Of a stretch of DNA of 55,716 nucleotides, positions 36,370 to 49,105 are shown piece after piece. The first letter of the stretch is position 1. Each line of letters opens with the position of its first letter. Source of the DNA: Tubiluchus corallicola (taxonomy: Eukaryota; Animalia; Priapulida); assembly GCA_030141605.1 (NCBI GenBank), contig JAQGDQ010001203.1, positions 1 to 55,716 on the forward strand, in the 5' to 3' direction. Under the pieces are notes generated by a model. The model saw only the letters and a list, made by a program, of their open reading frames with translations. It searched no databases and was not told where the DNA came from. The position numbers were made by a program, and so were the translations under genes.

Positions 36370-37000
36370 CAATATATGCTGCAATATATTCTATTAATTG
36401 TCACATATCCAATAAGCTGCAATATTCTATTAACTGCAATATATCGTAGCAACTGTAGTATATTCTATTAATGGTAACATACACTATATGCTGCAATATT
36501 CTGTTAACTGCAATATATCGTAGCAACTGCAGTATATTCTATTAATGGTAACACGTCCTATAAGCTGCAATATTCTGTTACAATATTCTATTAACTGCAA
36601 TATATCGTAGCAACAGCAGTATATATTCTATTAATGGTAACATACACTATATGCTGCAATATTCTGTTAACTGCAATGCATCACAGCAGCTGCAGTACAT
36701 TCTATTAATGGTAACATATCCTATATGCTGCAATATTCTGTTAACTGCAATATATCGTAGCAACTGCAGTATATTCTATTAATTGTAACATATCCTATAA
36801 GCTGCAATATTTCTAGAAACTGCAACCTTCAACAAACTACAATATACCATACAAGCTGCACTATATTCTATTAATTGTTAACGTATCCCCTATAAGACGA
36901 TGTATTTTTAGAAACTGCAATATATCATGCAAACTGCAATATATTCTATTAATTTTTACATGTACTTTAAGCTGTAGTATTTCTAAAAACTGCAGTATAT
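36370..37000. repeat. Degenerate AT-rich tandem array built from ctgcaatat subunits
   Basis: Recurring gctgcaatattct.ttaactgcaatatatcgtagcaactg. Confidence 0.85.
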
Positions 37001-37004
37001 TGTA

Positions 37005-37195
37005 TAAGCTACAGTATGTTAAGTTAGTTGCACTGTATCGTATACAAGTTGTGCATAAAAACTATTTATTAAGCTACAGTATGTTAAGTAAGTTGCACTG
37101 TATCGTATACAAGTTGTGCATAAAAACTATTTATTAAGCTACAGTATGTTAAGTTAGTTGTACTGTATCGTATACAAGTTGTGCATAAAAACTAA
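37005..37195. repeat. 65-bp repeat x3
   Basis: taagctacagtatgttaag at about 37005, 37070 and 37135. Confidence 0.95.
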
Positions 37196-37978
37196 CTATT
37201 TATAAGATAGAGTGACCATGATGCTGATGATGCTGGATGTTTGTGAGGCGGCAGTTACCGAGCCGATGAGGAGGAATTTTCTGAAGAGCAGGGGGAGGGG
37301 GATTGAAAACAATAATCATTAATAATAATTTCTATTTCTGGTGCTTTAATTAAGAAGCGTAATTGTTCAAAGTACGCTCAAAACATTTTAAAGATTTGAA
37401 GCACCAATGTTGCTTTAATTATTGTTAATTAAGAAGCGTAATTGTTCAAAGAACGCTTAAAACGTTTTAATGATTCGAAGCATCAAAAGTGTTCATAATA
37501 GAATTGATCCCCCTCCCATGCCGATAGTGACCAGGCGGTGGGAAGCTAATTTTTAACAACATGGCGACACATATTTCAGCCATATTTAATTGATTGTACA
37601 TTCAAACGTTATCTATACATGGACAGCCATGGTTACGATATTAGGCAACATCTTTAATTTATGCAAGGTGGCAAACTTGATGCCTATAGTCAAAATAACC
37701 GCTTGACTATATACAAGGTTTAAATTATGCAACGTGGCAAACTTGATGCCTATAGTCAAAATAACAGCTTGACTATATACAAGGTTGTGTGTCATAATAG
37801 TAATTATTCTCATAGAAGAAACATTTAGCCATTATTCCTCATATGCTGGAAAAGGATGGACAAATCTTTGTATGACAAAATGATAGAAATTACCATTACT
37901 GGTTCGTGAAAAAAATGTAGTGATAGATTCCATATGAAATGAGATTGTAGTAGAGCGATAAAGATCACATTACAGATT

Positions 37979-38835
37979 CATCGAGTAACATGATACATAG
38001 CCATGTCACAGTATAGTGATGGATGTTATAGAACAGTGATGGAAACTACCATCATCAACGAGTCACATAAAATGTGATAGTAACGAAAAAACTGCCATCA
38101 AGGCATCAAATGAAGAGACATGATAACGTGATGCGAGTCACTGTTAATTAACATGATACATAGCCATGTCACAGTATAGTGATGGATGTTATAGAACAGT
38201 GATGGAAACTACCATCATAAACGAGTCACATAAAATGATGTGATAGTAACGAAAAAACTGCCACCAAGGCATCAAATGAAGAGACATGATAACGTGATGC
38301 GAGTCACTGTTAATGTCTTCATCGAGTAACATGATACATAGCCATGTCACAGTATAGTGATGGATGTTATAGAACAGTGATGGAAACTACCATCATAAAC
38401 GAGTCACATAAAATGATGTGATAGTAACGAAAAAACTGCCATCAAGGCATCAAATGAAGAGACATGATAACGTGATGCGAGTCACTGTTAATGTCTTCAT
38501 CGAGTAACATGATACATAGCCATGTCACAGTATAGTGATGGATGTTATAGAACAGTGATGGAAACTACCATCATCAACGAGTCACATAAAATGTGATAGT
38601 AACGAAAAAACTGCCATCAAGGCATCAAATGAAGAGACATGATAACGTGATGCGAGTCACTGTTAATGTCTTCATCGAGTAACATGATACATAGCCATGT
38701 CACAGTATAGTGATGGATGTTATAGAACAGTGATGGAAAGTACCATCATCAACGAGTCGCATAAAATGATGTGATAGTAACGAAAAAAACTGCCATCAAA
38801 GCGACAAATGAAGAGACATGATAACGTGATGCGAC
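37979..38835. repeat. ~180-bp satellite, about 5 units
   Basis: taacatgatacatagccatgtcacagtatagtgatggatg recurs. Confidence 0.97.
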
Positions 38836-39339
38836 AAATGCCTTATAAGAGAGAAACGGAATATTTTAAAAAATTCTCTTGATGAAATTGAACAGAATCA
38901 CTGATTATTAATCAGTACTAAAGCAGTAAACAAGTAAAACTGATAACAGTGGTGGCAACTACTGCTAATATATCACATAAAGTGGCATGACACAGCACCG
39001 AAACTAGAATATTTCAAAAAATATTGAGCCATCAGGGAAATACTCCTGTCATGACATATGGAGAAATGCACGTTATTAAACATTGCACTGTTAAAACTGC
39101 TTGATAAAGTTGAACGTAACAGTCGGCATTGAAACTGTACCAACAATAACGGTACAGAAAACAGCCGCTATTTAAAGATTACATGATCAAAATGCCCTTG
39201 TTGAAACTGAACATAATCATTGAAAAATACAGTACGAAAGAAGGTTCCTTAAAGATTGCACATTTAAAACTCGAGCAAAAAACTGAAAGTAATCATCAAT
39301 GAAACTGTACCAACAATTACAGCATCGAAAAAACTCCAT

Positions 39340-40150
39340 TAAAGATGAACGATTGTGGACAAAATTGGAAGTTATCGGTATTGAACTCGCACCAACAATT
39401 ATAGCACATATAAGAACTCCATTAAAGATTAAACGATTGAAATTGCAGTGAACAAAATTGGAAGTTATCGGCATTGAACTCGTACTAACAATTATAGCAC
39501 ATACAAAAACTCTATTAAAGATTGAACGATTGAAATTGCAGTGAATAAAATTGGAAGTTATCGGTATTGAACTCGTGCCAACAATTATAGCACATACAAA
39601 AACTCCATTAAAGATTAAACGATTGAAATTGCAATGAACAAAATTGGAAGTTATCGGCATTGAACTCGTGCCAACAATTATAGCACATACAAAAACTCCA
39701 TTAAAGATAAAACGATTGAAATTGCAGTGAACAAAATTGGAAGTTATCGGTATTGAACTCGTGCCAACAATTATAGCACATATAAGAACTCCATTAAAGA
39801 TAAAACGATTGAAATTGCAGTGAACAAAATTGGAAGTTATCGGCATTGAACTCGTACTAACAATTATAGCACATACAAAAACTCTATTAAAGATTGAACG
39901 ATTGAAATTGCAGTGGATAAAATTGGAAGTTATCGGCATTGAACTCGTGCCAACAATTATAGCACATACAAAAACTCCATTAAAGATTGAACGATTGAAA
40001 TTGCAGTGGATAAAATTGAAAGTTATCGGTATTGAACTCGTACTAACAATTATAGCACATACAAAAACTCCATTAAAGATTGAACGATTGAAATTGCAGT
40101 GGATAAAATTGAAAGTTATCGGTATTGAACTCATACCAACAATTATAGAA
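39340..40150. repeat. 93-bp satellite, about 9 units, with degenerate flanks
   Basis: aagttatcgg recurs every ~93 bp. Confidence 0.97.
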
Positions 40151-40424
40151 AAAATTACAGAAAAAAGCTTCATTAACGATTGTAGGATCAAAATTGAATT
40201 GATTAAATTGAAAATAATCAACACTGAAACCTGACAAGAAATTAACTTCAAATGGCTTTGCCAGATTTGTTCTGCTGCTTAAGAGACAGGAGTTTAAGAT
40301 TAGGGATATTTTTGCATTCAACTGCAAGGTCACGTTGTTGTGGAGGGACTGCAACTAGACTCTTTATGAAAACTAATCATCTAAGAGTAGACATTGGACC
40401 AGGAAGGTGAACTGTGATTTTGAT

Positions 40425-40650
40425 ATGGTCACCCATCCATTTACTATCGGGTCTCTAGCTTCGATTGCTAAACTAGGTCAGCCATGTTTTGGCTAATATG
40501 ATTTTAGTAACGACGACTAATCCGTGTGCTATCTAGTCTTTACTGTATAAAATTTCGATTCCTAAACAAAGTCAGCCATATTTTAGCGTATGTGATTTTA
40601 GTAGTGGTCACTCATCTAACTACTTTCTAGTCTTAGCTCTGGTTAACTTC
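40425..40650 (-). repeat. Degenerate 5S-derived tandem units
   Basis: Minus strand tagtaaatggatgggtgacc and gaagttaacc...agtagttagatgagtgacc resemble 5S boxes C and A. Confidence 0.45.
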
Positions 40651-40966
40651 ACTTCAATTGCCAAGATTACTAATTTCGCCCTAAAGCTAGTTCAACAAAA
40701 AGCAAACACCAGGCGGCACAACCAGTTAGCAAAACACTTGCTAGTCACAGCCTAAAAAGCTTATAAATGAAATGCTTTACAAAAATAAAGATGGATTTTG
40801 CAAATATTAGACTAAAGTATTATTAAATAATTTGTGAAAGGCCTGCAATTAACAAGGTTAGGCTGGGGGGTGAATCAGGTTTTGAATTATTCGTAAGGTA
40901 ATGGACAAAATATGGGAAGTTACTTTTGAACAGGGATCTAAATGATCTGCATAAAAATTTGAAATC

Positions 40967-41250
40967 ACTGTACAGTTCTTTCAACTGCATAGCTTTCTGT
41001 AGTTCTTTAAACCGCAGAACTTTTTGTACAGTTCTTTAAACTGCACAATTTTCTGTACAGTTCTTTAAACCGCATAACTTTTTGTACAGTTCTTTAAACT
41101 GCATAATTTTCTGTACAGTTCTTTAAACCGCATAACTTTTTGTACAGTTCTTTTAAGCTGCATAACTTTCTGTACAGTTCTTTAAGCTGCATAGCTTTCT
41201 GTAGTTCTTTAAACCGCATAACTTTTTGTACAGTTCTTTAAACTGCATAA
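40967..41250. repeat. ~29-bp minisatellite
   Basis: tgtacagttctttaaactgcataactttt. Confidence 0.93.
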
Positions 41251-41869
41251 TAATATATGCTTCCCTCAAGTACTTACAGTAGTATGTTAGTAGAAAGAAA
41301 CTGTCAGTCAGTTAATGCCTAGGACTTGTCCGTCTTTACTGAAAGTTTGTTCTGTACAGTAGCGACATACACTGTACATGTACATACTTCTATACACGCG
41401 CGCTATGCATAGAAGTATAAATCTGCATGTACAGAATGTATACCACTAAGGTTCTGTACCATATTAGTTCGTAAATAGAATCAGAGGTTAATAGCTCAAT
41501 GTCAGAACTCGGTGTACTTTTGGGAAGCATTTTAAGTTAACAAAATCGTGACTTGTGGTAACAAATTTCTGGTTAGAACTTTTTCAGTACAGCGTGGAGT
41601 TTAGCAAATTCTACGAAATATTTCTTTTAAAGATAACGGGAACATTTAAAAGGAAATGAAGGAACTTCAGGCTCTCGTCAAGGAAAGGAAAGATGGGCCG
41701 GGAGGAGACTGCAGGTTGTCCATCCCACTCCAACCTTGTTTCCTCCTTATTTTACGAACTATTAACATTGATTCAACCAGTAAAAAAAATGTATTTATAT
41801 ACAATGGAAGTTTCACGAAAAATGTAGACTTTCCCTTTAACATATACTTTGTTGGGATAACTGTTTTCC

Positions 41870-42340
41870 CTTTCACACAGGGGATGGGCAGACATGGCTT
41901 TCTAAGGCATGACTGAATTTCATTTCACAGAGGGGATGGGAGGACATGGCTCTCTTCTAAAATCATGACTGACTTTCATTACACAGAGGGGATGGGAGGA
42001 CATGGCTTCCTTCTAAAAGCATGACTGACTTTCATTACACAGAGGGGATGGGAGGACATGGCTCTCTTCTAAAATCATGACTGACTTTCATTACACAGAG
42101 GGGATGGGAGGACATGGCTCTCTTCTAAAATCATGACTGACTATCATTACACAGAGGGGATGGGAGGACATGGCTTCCTTCTAAAATCATGACTGAATTT
42201 CATTACACAGAGGGGATGGGAGGACATGGCTCTCTTCTAAAAGCATGACTGAATTTCATTACACAGAGGGCATGGGAGGACATGGCTTCCTTCTAAAAGC
42301 ATGACTGACTTTCATTACAAAGAGGGCATGGGAGGATATG
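41870..42340. repeat. 56-bp minisatellite, about 8 units
   Basis: acacagaggggatgggaggacatggct...atgactgactttcatt. Confidence 0.96.
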
Positions 42341-43148
42341 GGTTTGTTTCTAAAGTATGAACAACTTTCATTTCACTTATCTAGAACGTGGCTATCTCTC
42401 GTTTCCTGGGAGACGGCAAAACTAAAAAACCCTCAAATGATTTTCAAGGAAGTAGCTGTCTCTCATTCCACAGTAAGAGTTCTAGAGCACGACTGTCTTT
42501 TAGTTTTTGTTAAAGTACTACCTCTTCCGGAAGTGGTTGTGGAGGTTAGACATAATTAAAATAATAGGGAATTTACTATTATAAGTAAAAAAAACTTGTA
42601 ACAAACCTTAGTTTATTGATAAGCGAAAGATAACTGTATATTTGTACAAGGGTTTGACAAAATTAGGCCTGCCTAAAACTAGAAACAGTGAATGGATAAA
42701 GATGGATTCCCCTTTTGTTCATCAAGCCTTCATATTCGTTATTACTTATTTTGACCCTGTATATTAACATTAGAGCTGCTATAAAATTATAAGAAAGTTA
42801 ACGTTTATTGCATGTAATTAAAAGTTGTTATTTTTTCAAATACACGTGTATTAGCTGCGAAATTTAATTTGGTAAGTTTGACTATTTTCTTGTTGAATTT
42901 TTAAATTTTAAATGACCCTACTGTGTCCGTGTGTCTATTCGTCCACTGTCCACAATAGGTTTTTCTCTTGTATTTCTGTAACAAATGATCGGATCGTCAT
43001 GAAACTCGTGCGATTCGAACTCTAGATCCTGTGCAGTTAGAATCTTGACATTGCTAAAATGGTTTTAGCTGACCGAGCCGTAAATAACACTTCATTTTTT
43101 TGCTTATTTCAGATTGAAGAGTCACGATTTTTTTCTGGATTATTGGAT

Positions 43149-43159
43149 ATGCCTAAGCG
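43149..43159 (+). CDS. Putative first coding exon portion (MPKR) of a C2HC zinc-finger gene; exon 43113..43159
   Basis: Acceptor ttttgcttatttcag, ATG CCT AAG CG|GTAAGT; phase 2 joins the next exon to give R-C-H-W. Confidence 0.6.
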
Positions 43160-43680
43160 GTAAGTAAAGAAATTTTGCTTTTTAGCCAGAAAACCTTTCC
43201 ATTTACTTTTTTATCTTCTGCATATGTACCGTTGTCCAAACATACAGAAATATTTTTCTGCTGTTAATAGTCTCGTGTGGTGTAAGATTATTCTTTATTT
43301 ATATGACTTTTTACAGGATCATCTTACAATTTATTTTTGAAACATTTTAAGTTAACAAGCCAGCCCCACGTCTGTTGTGTTTGCAATCATTAAAATTTCT
43401 ACATTCTCAATAACCTGAAGACTTTGCTGCCAGTAAACAGAACATCGTTTTTCTTGCAACAAAACTTTAAACAATATAAAATAGTTATTACAGTGATAAA
43501 AGAGTCAAATCAAATTTACTACATACCCTAGTTTACACAACAACTTAATAACTTATTTATTTTATCATAGACTTTATATATATGTATTCTCTTATAATAT
43601 TACTGTCTTGTATTAACCGCTGTTGTTTACTTTTACTGTTAAACTAGTAAAATGAAATGACGTTTTTCTTCTTTTTTCAG

Positions 43681-43855
43681 ATGTCATTGGTTCACCCAGT
43701 GCGGGGGGGCGGGGCAACATCAACCCCCGGTACGCCACGCACAGGTCTACGTCTGCCTGTGCGTGGAGGTACCAGGAGCAGCGACGACGCGAGCTCCAGG
43801 CAGGGGTGGTGGCTCGGCCACCCCTGGAAGAACGCCAGAGCAAGCCAAAGCCAGT
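43681..43855 (+). CDS. Exon encoding C2HC (Myt1-like) zinc finger 1; +1 frameshift in G7 at 43703..43709
   Basis: GC-rich island with ttttttcag acceptor and GTAAGT donor. With G6 it reads CHWFTQCGGRGNINPRYATHRSTSACAWRYQEQRRRELQ...KPKP. Confidence 0.75.
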
Positions 43856-44199
43856 GTAAGTAGACACGATTATAATTACAAATTAGCTTTTTCAGTAGTA
43901 GAACCGTTCATTTTGCCCCCTCGTGGCTATAGTTTTCGTTTTTGTTTACTTTACACAAAACTTTACCGTTTAGTCTTTGTGAAGCAAAGCTAGCTTGTTA
44001 ACAGCTAGCTTATTACAATCATTTCATGGAGTTTTCATATCGTCTTAATCGACACGAACTGGAACGTTGTCTCTGGACATTTCATTCCATCCGAGATATT
44101 ACTGATTTTTCGATAGTTAATTATTGTACCAAAAGGAAAAATGATTATAGCAAATGACATCAAGAATCATTTAAAGTTACATCACTATTTTTTGTATCG

Positions 44200-44425
44200 T
44201 AGTATAATGATAATGATAAGAATGATGATGACGATGGTGATAATGATGCTGATGATGATAATGATGGTGATGATGACAATGGTGATAATGATGGTGATGA
44301 TGATAATGATGGTGATGATGATGATGATGGTGGTGATGGTGATGATGTTGGTGATGGTAATGGTAATCATTTAGAGAGAGAGATGGGGGAGAGAGAGAGA
44401 GAGAGAGAGAGATGGGAGAGAGAGA
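44200..44425. repeat. (ATG)n then (GA)n microsatellites
   Basis: Seen directly. Confidence 0.95.
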
Positions 44426-44983
44426 GGCATGGAAGGAAGAAGGAAAAGCGAATGTCATAGTCATCAGGAAACATGATGACCTAGTGGTTATGAAATTGTT
44501 TTTGTAATTCAAATGTCTCTGTTTCAAAACCAGACTGAGTTCCAGCTATTTACTTTCTTGTCTTCTGGAGTTTAATGTGTATCAACATTCATAATAATTG
44601 TGGTTTTCTACCGTCATAGCAAGTCTTTTACTATGTTGGTTGCAGTAGTTCATTTAGCTGCTGTAAGAGACGGTTTGCTAAATTCTGCTGTTTCTTAATT
44701 GAGCACAAGATTTACTCGAGTAGTTGTGAACCGTAACTGAACAACTGACCTACCAACTTAGCAATTTTTGTCCAAGAAGTCATGGGTAACTTGAATATGA
44801 TTTAATCTATTTTTGGTTAAAACGTTTTAGACATGAATAATCTATGGCTATATAAATAATAATATTTATAATTGTCCTTAATAATGTTTAGGACACTAAT
44901 AGTACAATGATAACAGCTTATTTTCAAAGTAGTCTTGATAGAACCCGCTTGGCAGAACGAGCGGTAATTAAAACTTTACTCTT

Positions 44984-45052
44984 ACGTGTCAGGAATTGAA
45001 CCCGCGACCTCCAGGATGGGAAACGAACACATTACAATTGAGCTAACCCCCG
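44984..45052 (-). mobile_element. tRNA-like SINE head or retroposed tRNA fragment flanked by direct repeats
   Basis: Minus strand gggggttagctcaattgtaa...gggttcaattcct; flanks aaactttactctt and aaacttttactctt. Confidence 0.6.
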
Positions 45053-45545
45053 AAACTTTTACTCTTGAATAACGCATAGCAACAAAATATTTGCTGTTTC
45101 TTTTCAGTTCGATGTGCAAATTTGTGCTTTCTACACTAGAAAATTGACATTTGATTTAGTTTTCTTTCCATTTGGAGATGTCCAATATGTCAGCTTGTGT
45201 GTCAATGTTTATAATAAACCTACCAGAGTTGAACTTGTGCGTTAAGAGTGATCAGTTCTTCAAACACATGCTTAACAAATTGCCAGCAAATAGGAGTCAT
45301 TTAGTTCCAACAATTTCTCATGTAGTTTTATTAACTTCTAACATGCAGATTTTTCAGAGATTTTTTTTGGAGTGGAAAAATTGGGATACGCAATCCCGAT
45401 TTTATACCAGCAAATAGGTTTATCCATAAAGTTATTAAACCGGAAGTGCATCTTCCCATCATATAAGTTTTGTAGTCTTTTTTGCTGTTTGACAAAATGA
45501 CAGCACGTTTTGTAGAAAAATGAAAATTATTTTTGTCTCTTTTAG

Positions 45546-45677
45546 GCGAAGGTGCCGAAATTACGAACACTGCGGAGGTCAGGGCAATGCCATTGAGGGT
45601 CGGGGCAGGCATTACGTAATGGCAAACTGTCCGCTGGAGCAGGAGGCGGTGCCTGTCCCGGCCTTGCGTGTGACCTG
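45546..45677 (+). CDS. Exon encoding C2HC (Myt1-like) zinc finger 2
   Basis: tttgtctcttttag acceptor, GTAAGC donor, 132 nt, phase 2-2: RRCRNYEHCGGQGNAIEGRGRHYVMANCPLEQEAVPVPALRVT. Confidence 0.8.
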
Positions 45678-46869
45678 GTAAGCGGATTTTTTTATAATTT
45701 AAACCTGACAAAAAGGAAATCTTAATTTTACTGACACAGTTAGAACTGACTTTCAACCCTTAAATTTCAACTTTTTATTATTATGTATAAAAGCACAAAG
45801 CTGGTTAAACTTTGTCTCTAAACGCGTTAGAGGCCTAATACAGGCCTAATATGCAAAAACATGCTGTTAGACATCTCTAAGAAATGACAAAATTTAGCGG
45901 AAGAAACTTTTGTTTACTAATAATGACTGGCATTATAAACTAGCAAAGGCATTGCAACTTGTCAGTTTAACCGCTCCCAATGTTCAGTAATGCACAAACG
46001 TCTTTTGCTTTTTATGCAGAAACAGTGAATGGACGTATTAACGTATTAACTGATACTTTACATAGGTTTTATATGACTTTATAACATGCCAAATGTCAGC
46101 ATAATAATCGGCCCACGTGACGACGCAAATAGCCACCAAAGCAGTTTTTATTTTGCTATGAGTTTTACAGCATCTCCCCGACAACACCCCACCCCCAATT
46201 TTATTGAAAAAATGAAGGAGGCCATATTAACGACTTTTTAGAGGCTTACAAAGATTTATTTTTCCGAGCTTATCCAACCGGTGATGGTCAACCTCTACCC
46301 GTCTGTCGGCAAAGGCCTGCAAACTTCGGACCGCATTCATATGCAAGACGTCATATTAAAAGAATTGCTGCTAATGGGACAGAATAGTCCCAAATTGTTA
46401 CTCTGTTTTGTTACTTTATTATGACACACGCACGATTTTATAGGGGAAATGGATTGACTATTTTAACGACTTTAGAGGCATTGAAGCCTCCTGACTGCTT
46501 TTACATGTTTGTTATACAACTATTTTTAAAGCTTATCCAACGGATAATGGTAGCCACACTTCAGTGCTGCCTAATCTCGTTTGTAAACTTTCCGTGACTG
46601 AAAATGAAGAGAGAACTTATGAGACACGAACCTGTTTTTTATTTGGGACAGCAAACTATTAAAACACAGTGAGATTACAGTCTAGGTAAGAAAAACCTCA
46701 ATCGATAGTTCTGCAAAGAAGCCATGAAAAGTTAATGATAATTATGCAGCTCATTAATGTAACATTACCTTACCTAAATAACACAACTGATGCAACAATT
46801 ATCTACTCAAGTTAATGTTACAAGAAAGATTGCAGGTGTTGATCATTAAAATGCCATTGACCCATAATT

Positions 46870-49105
46870 AGCAGTAGTCAATAGCCACTCGACAGAACAA
46901 CAAGTTCTTGGGAAAAAACTGGAATCATCTGCTTGCACAACTTTGTCTAGCACCCTATAGCAGTAACTAATAGCCACTCGACAGAACAACAAGTTCTTGG
47001 GAAAAAACTGGAATCATCTGCTTGCACAACTTTGTCAAACACCTTATAGCAGTAACTAATAGCCACTCGACAGAACAACAAGTTCTTGGGAAAAAACTGG
47101 AATCATCTGCTTGCACAACTTTGTCAAACACCTTATAGCAGTAACTAATAGCCACTCGACAGAACAACAAGTTCTTGGGAAAAACTGGAATCATCTGCTT
47201 GCACAACTTTGTCAAACACCTTATAGCAGTAACTAATAGCCACTCGACAGAACAACAAGTTCTTGGGAAAAAACTGGAATCATCTGCTTGCACAACTTTG
47301 TCAAACACCTATAGCAGTAACTAATAGCCACTCGACAGAACAACAAGTTCTTGGGAAAAAACTGGAATCATCTGCTTGCACAACTTTGTCAAACACCTTA
47401 TAGCAGTAACTAATAGCCACTCGACAGAACAACAAGTTCTTGGGAAAAAACTGGAATCATCTGCTTGCACAACTTTGTCAAACACCTTATAGCAGTAACT
47501 AATAGCCACTCGACAGAACAACAAGTTCTTCGGGAAAAACTGGAATCATCTGCTTGCACAACTTTGTCAAACACCTTATAGCAGTAACTAATAGCCACTC
47601 GACAGAACAACAAGTTCTTGGGGAAAAAACTGGAATCATCTGCTTGCACAACTTTGTCAAACACCTTATAGCAGTAACTAATAGCCACTCGACAGAACAA
47701 CAAGTTCTTGGGAAAAAACTGGAATCATCTGCTTGCACAACTTTGTCAAACACCTTATAGCAGTAACTAATAGCCACTCGACAGAACAACAAGTTCTTGG
47801 GAAAAAACTGGAATCATCTGCTTGCACAACTTTGTCAAACACCTTATAGCAGTAACTAATAGCCACTCGACAGAACAACAAGTTCTTGGGAAAAAACTGG
47901 AATCATCTGCTTGCACAACTTTGTCAAACACCTTATAGCAGTAACTAATAGCCACTCGACAGAACAACAAGTTCTTGGGAAAAAACTGGAATCATCTGCT
48001 TGCACAACTTTGTCAAACACCTTATAGCAGTAACTAATAGCCACTCGACAGAACAACAAGTTCTTGGGAAAAAACTGGAATCATCTGCTTGCACAACTTT
48101 GTCAAACACCTTATAGCAGTAACTAATAGCCACTCGACAGAACAACAAGTTCTTGGGAAAACAACTAGAATCATCTGCTTGCACAACTTTGTCAAACACC
48201 TTATAGCAGTAACTAATAGCCACTCGACAGAACAACAAGTTCTTGGGAAAAAACTGGAATCATCTGCTTGCACAACTTTGTCAAACACCCTATAGCAGTA
48301 ACTAATAGCCACTCGACAGAACAACAAGTTCTTGGGAAAAAACTGGAATCATCTGCTTGCACAACTTTGTCAAACACCTTATAGCAGTAACTAATAGCCA
48401 CTCGACAGAACAACAAGTTCTTGGGAAAAAACTGGAATCATCTGCTTGCACAACTTTGTCAAACACCTTATAGCAGTAACTAATAGCCACTCGACAGAAC
48501 AACAAGTTCTTGGGAAAAAACTGGAATCATCTGCTTGCACAACTTTGTCAAACACCTTATAGCAGTAACTAATAGCCACTCGACAGAACAACAAGTTCTT
48601 GGGGAAAAAACTGGAATCATCTGCTTGCACAACTTTGTCAAACACCTTATAGCAGTAACTAATAGCCACTCGACAGAACAACAAGTTCTTGGGAAAAAAC
48701 TGGAATCATCTGCTTGCACAACTTTGTCAAACACCTTATAGCAGTTACTAATAGCCACTCGACAGAACAACAAGTTCTTGGGAAAAAACTGGAATCATCT
48801 GCTTGCACAACTTTGTCAAACACCTTATAGCAGTAACTAATAGCCACTCGACAGAACAACAAGTTCTTGGGAAAAAACTGGAATCATCTGCTTGCACAAC
48901 TTTGTCAAACACCTTATAGCAGTAACTAATAGCCACTCAACAGAACAACAAGTTCTTGGGAAAAAACTGGAATCATCTGCTTGCACAACTTTGTCAAACA
49001 CCCTATAGCAGTAACTAATAGCCACTCAACAGAACAACAAGTTCTTGGGAAAAAACTGGAATCATCTGCTTGCACAACTTTGTCAAACACCCTATAGCAG
49101 TAACT
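46870..49105. repeat. 89-bp satellite, about 25 near-identical units
   Basis: aatagccactcgacagaacaacaagttcttgggaaaaaactggaatcatctgcttgcacaactttgtcaaacaccttatagcagtaact. Confidence 0.99.

Noticed and set aside
39217-40251. 344-aa hydrophobic ORF with 31-aa repeats
   Set aside because: It stays open only because the 93-bp unit is a multiple of 3; no splice or compositional support
43657-43993. ORF-track peptides MSLVHPVRGG... and MEVPGAATT...
   Set aside because: Wrong frames of the zinc-finger exon; splice phases and the Cys/His pattern favour the reconstructed frame
44141-44527. Poly-His and poly-Met ORFs
   Set aside because: (ATG)n microsatellite
46870-49105. CRISPR-like array or the many overlapping 62-113-aa ORFs
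   Set aside because: Units are contiguous with no unique spacers and no cas genes; the ORFs are translations of an 89-bp (non-triplet) satellite
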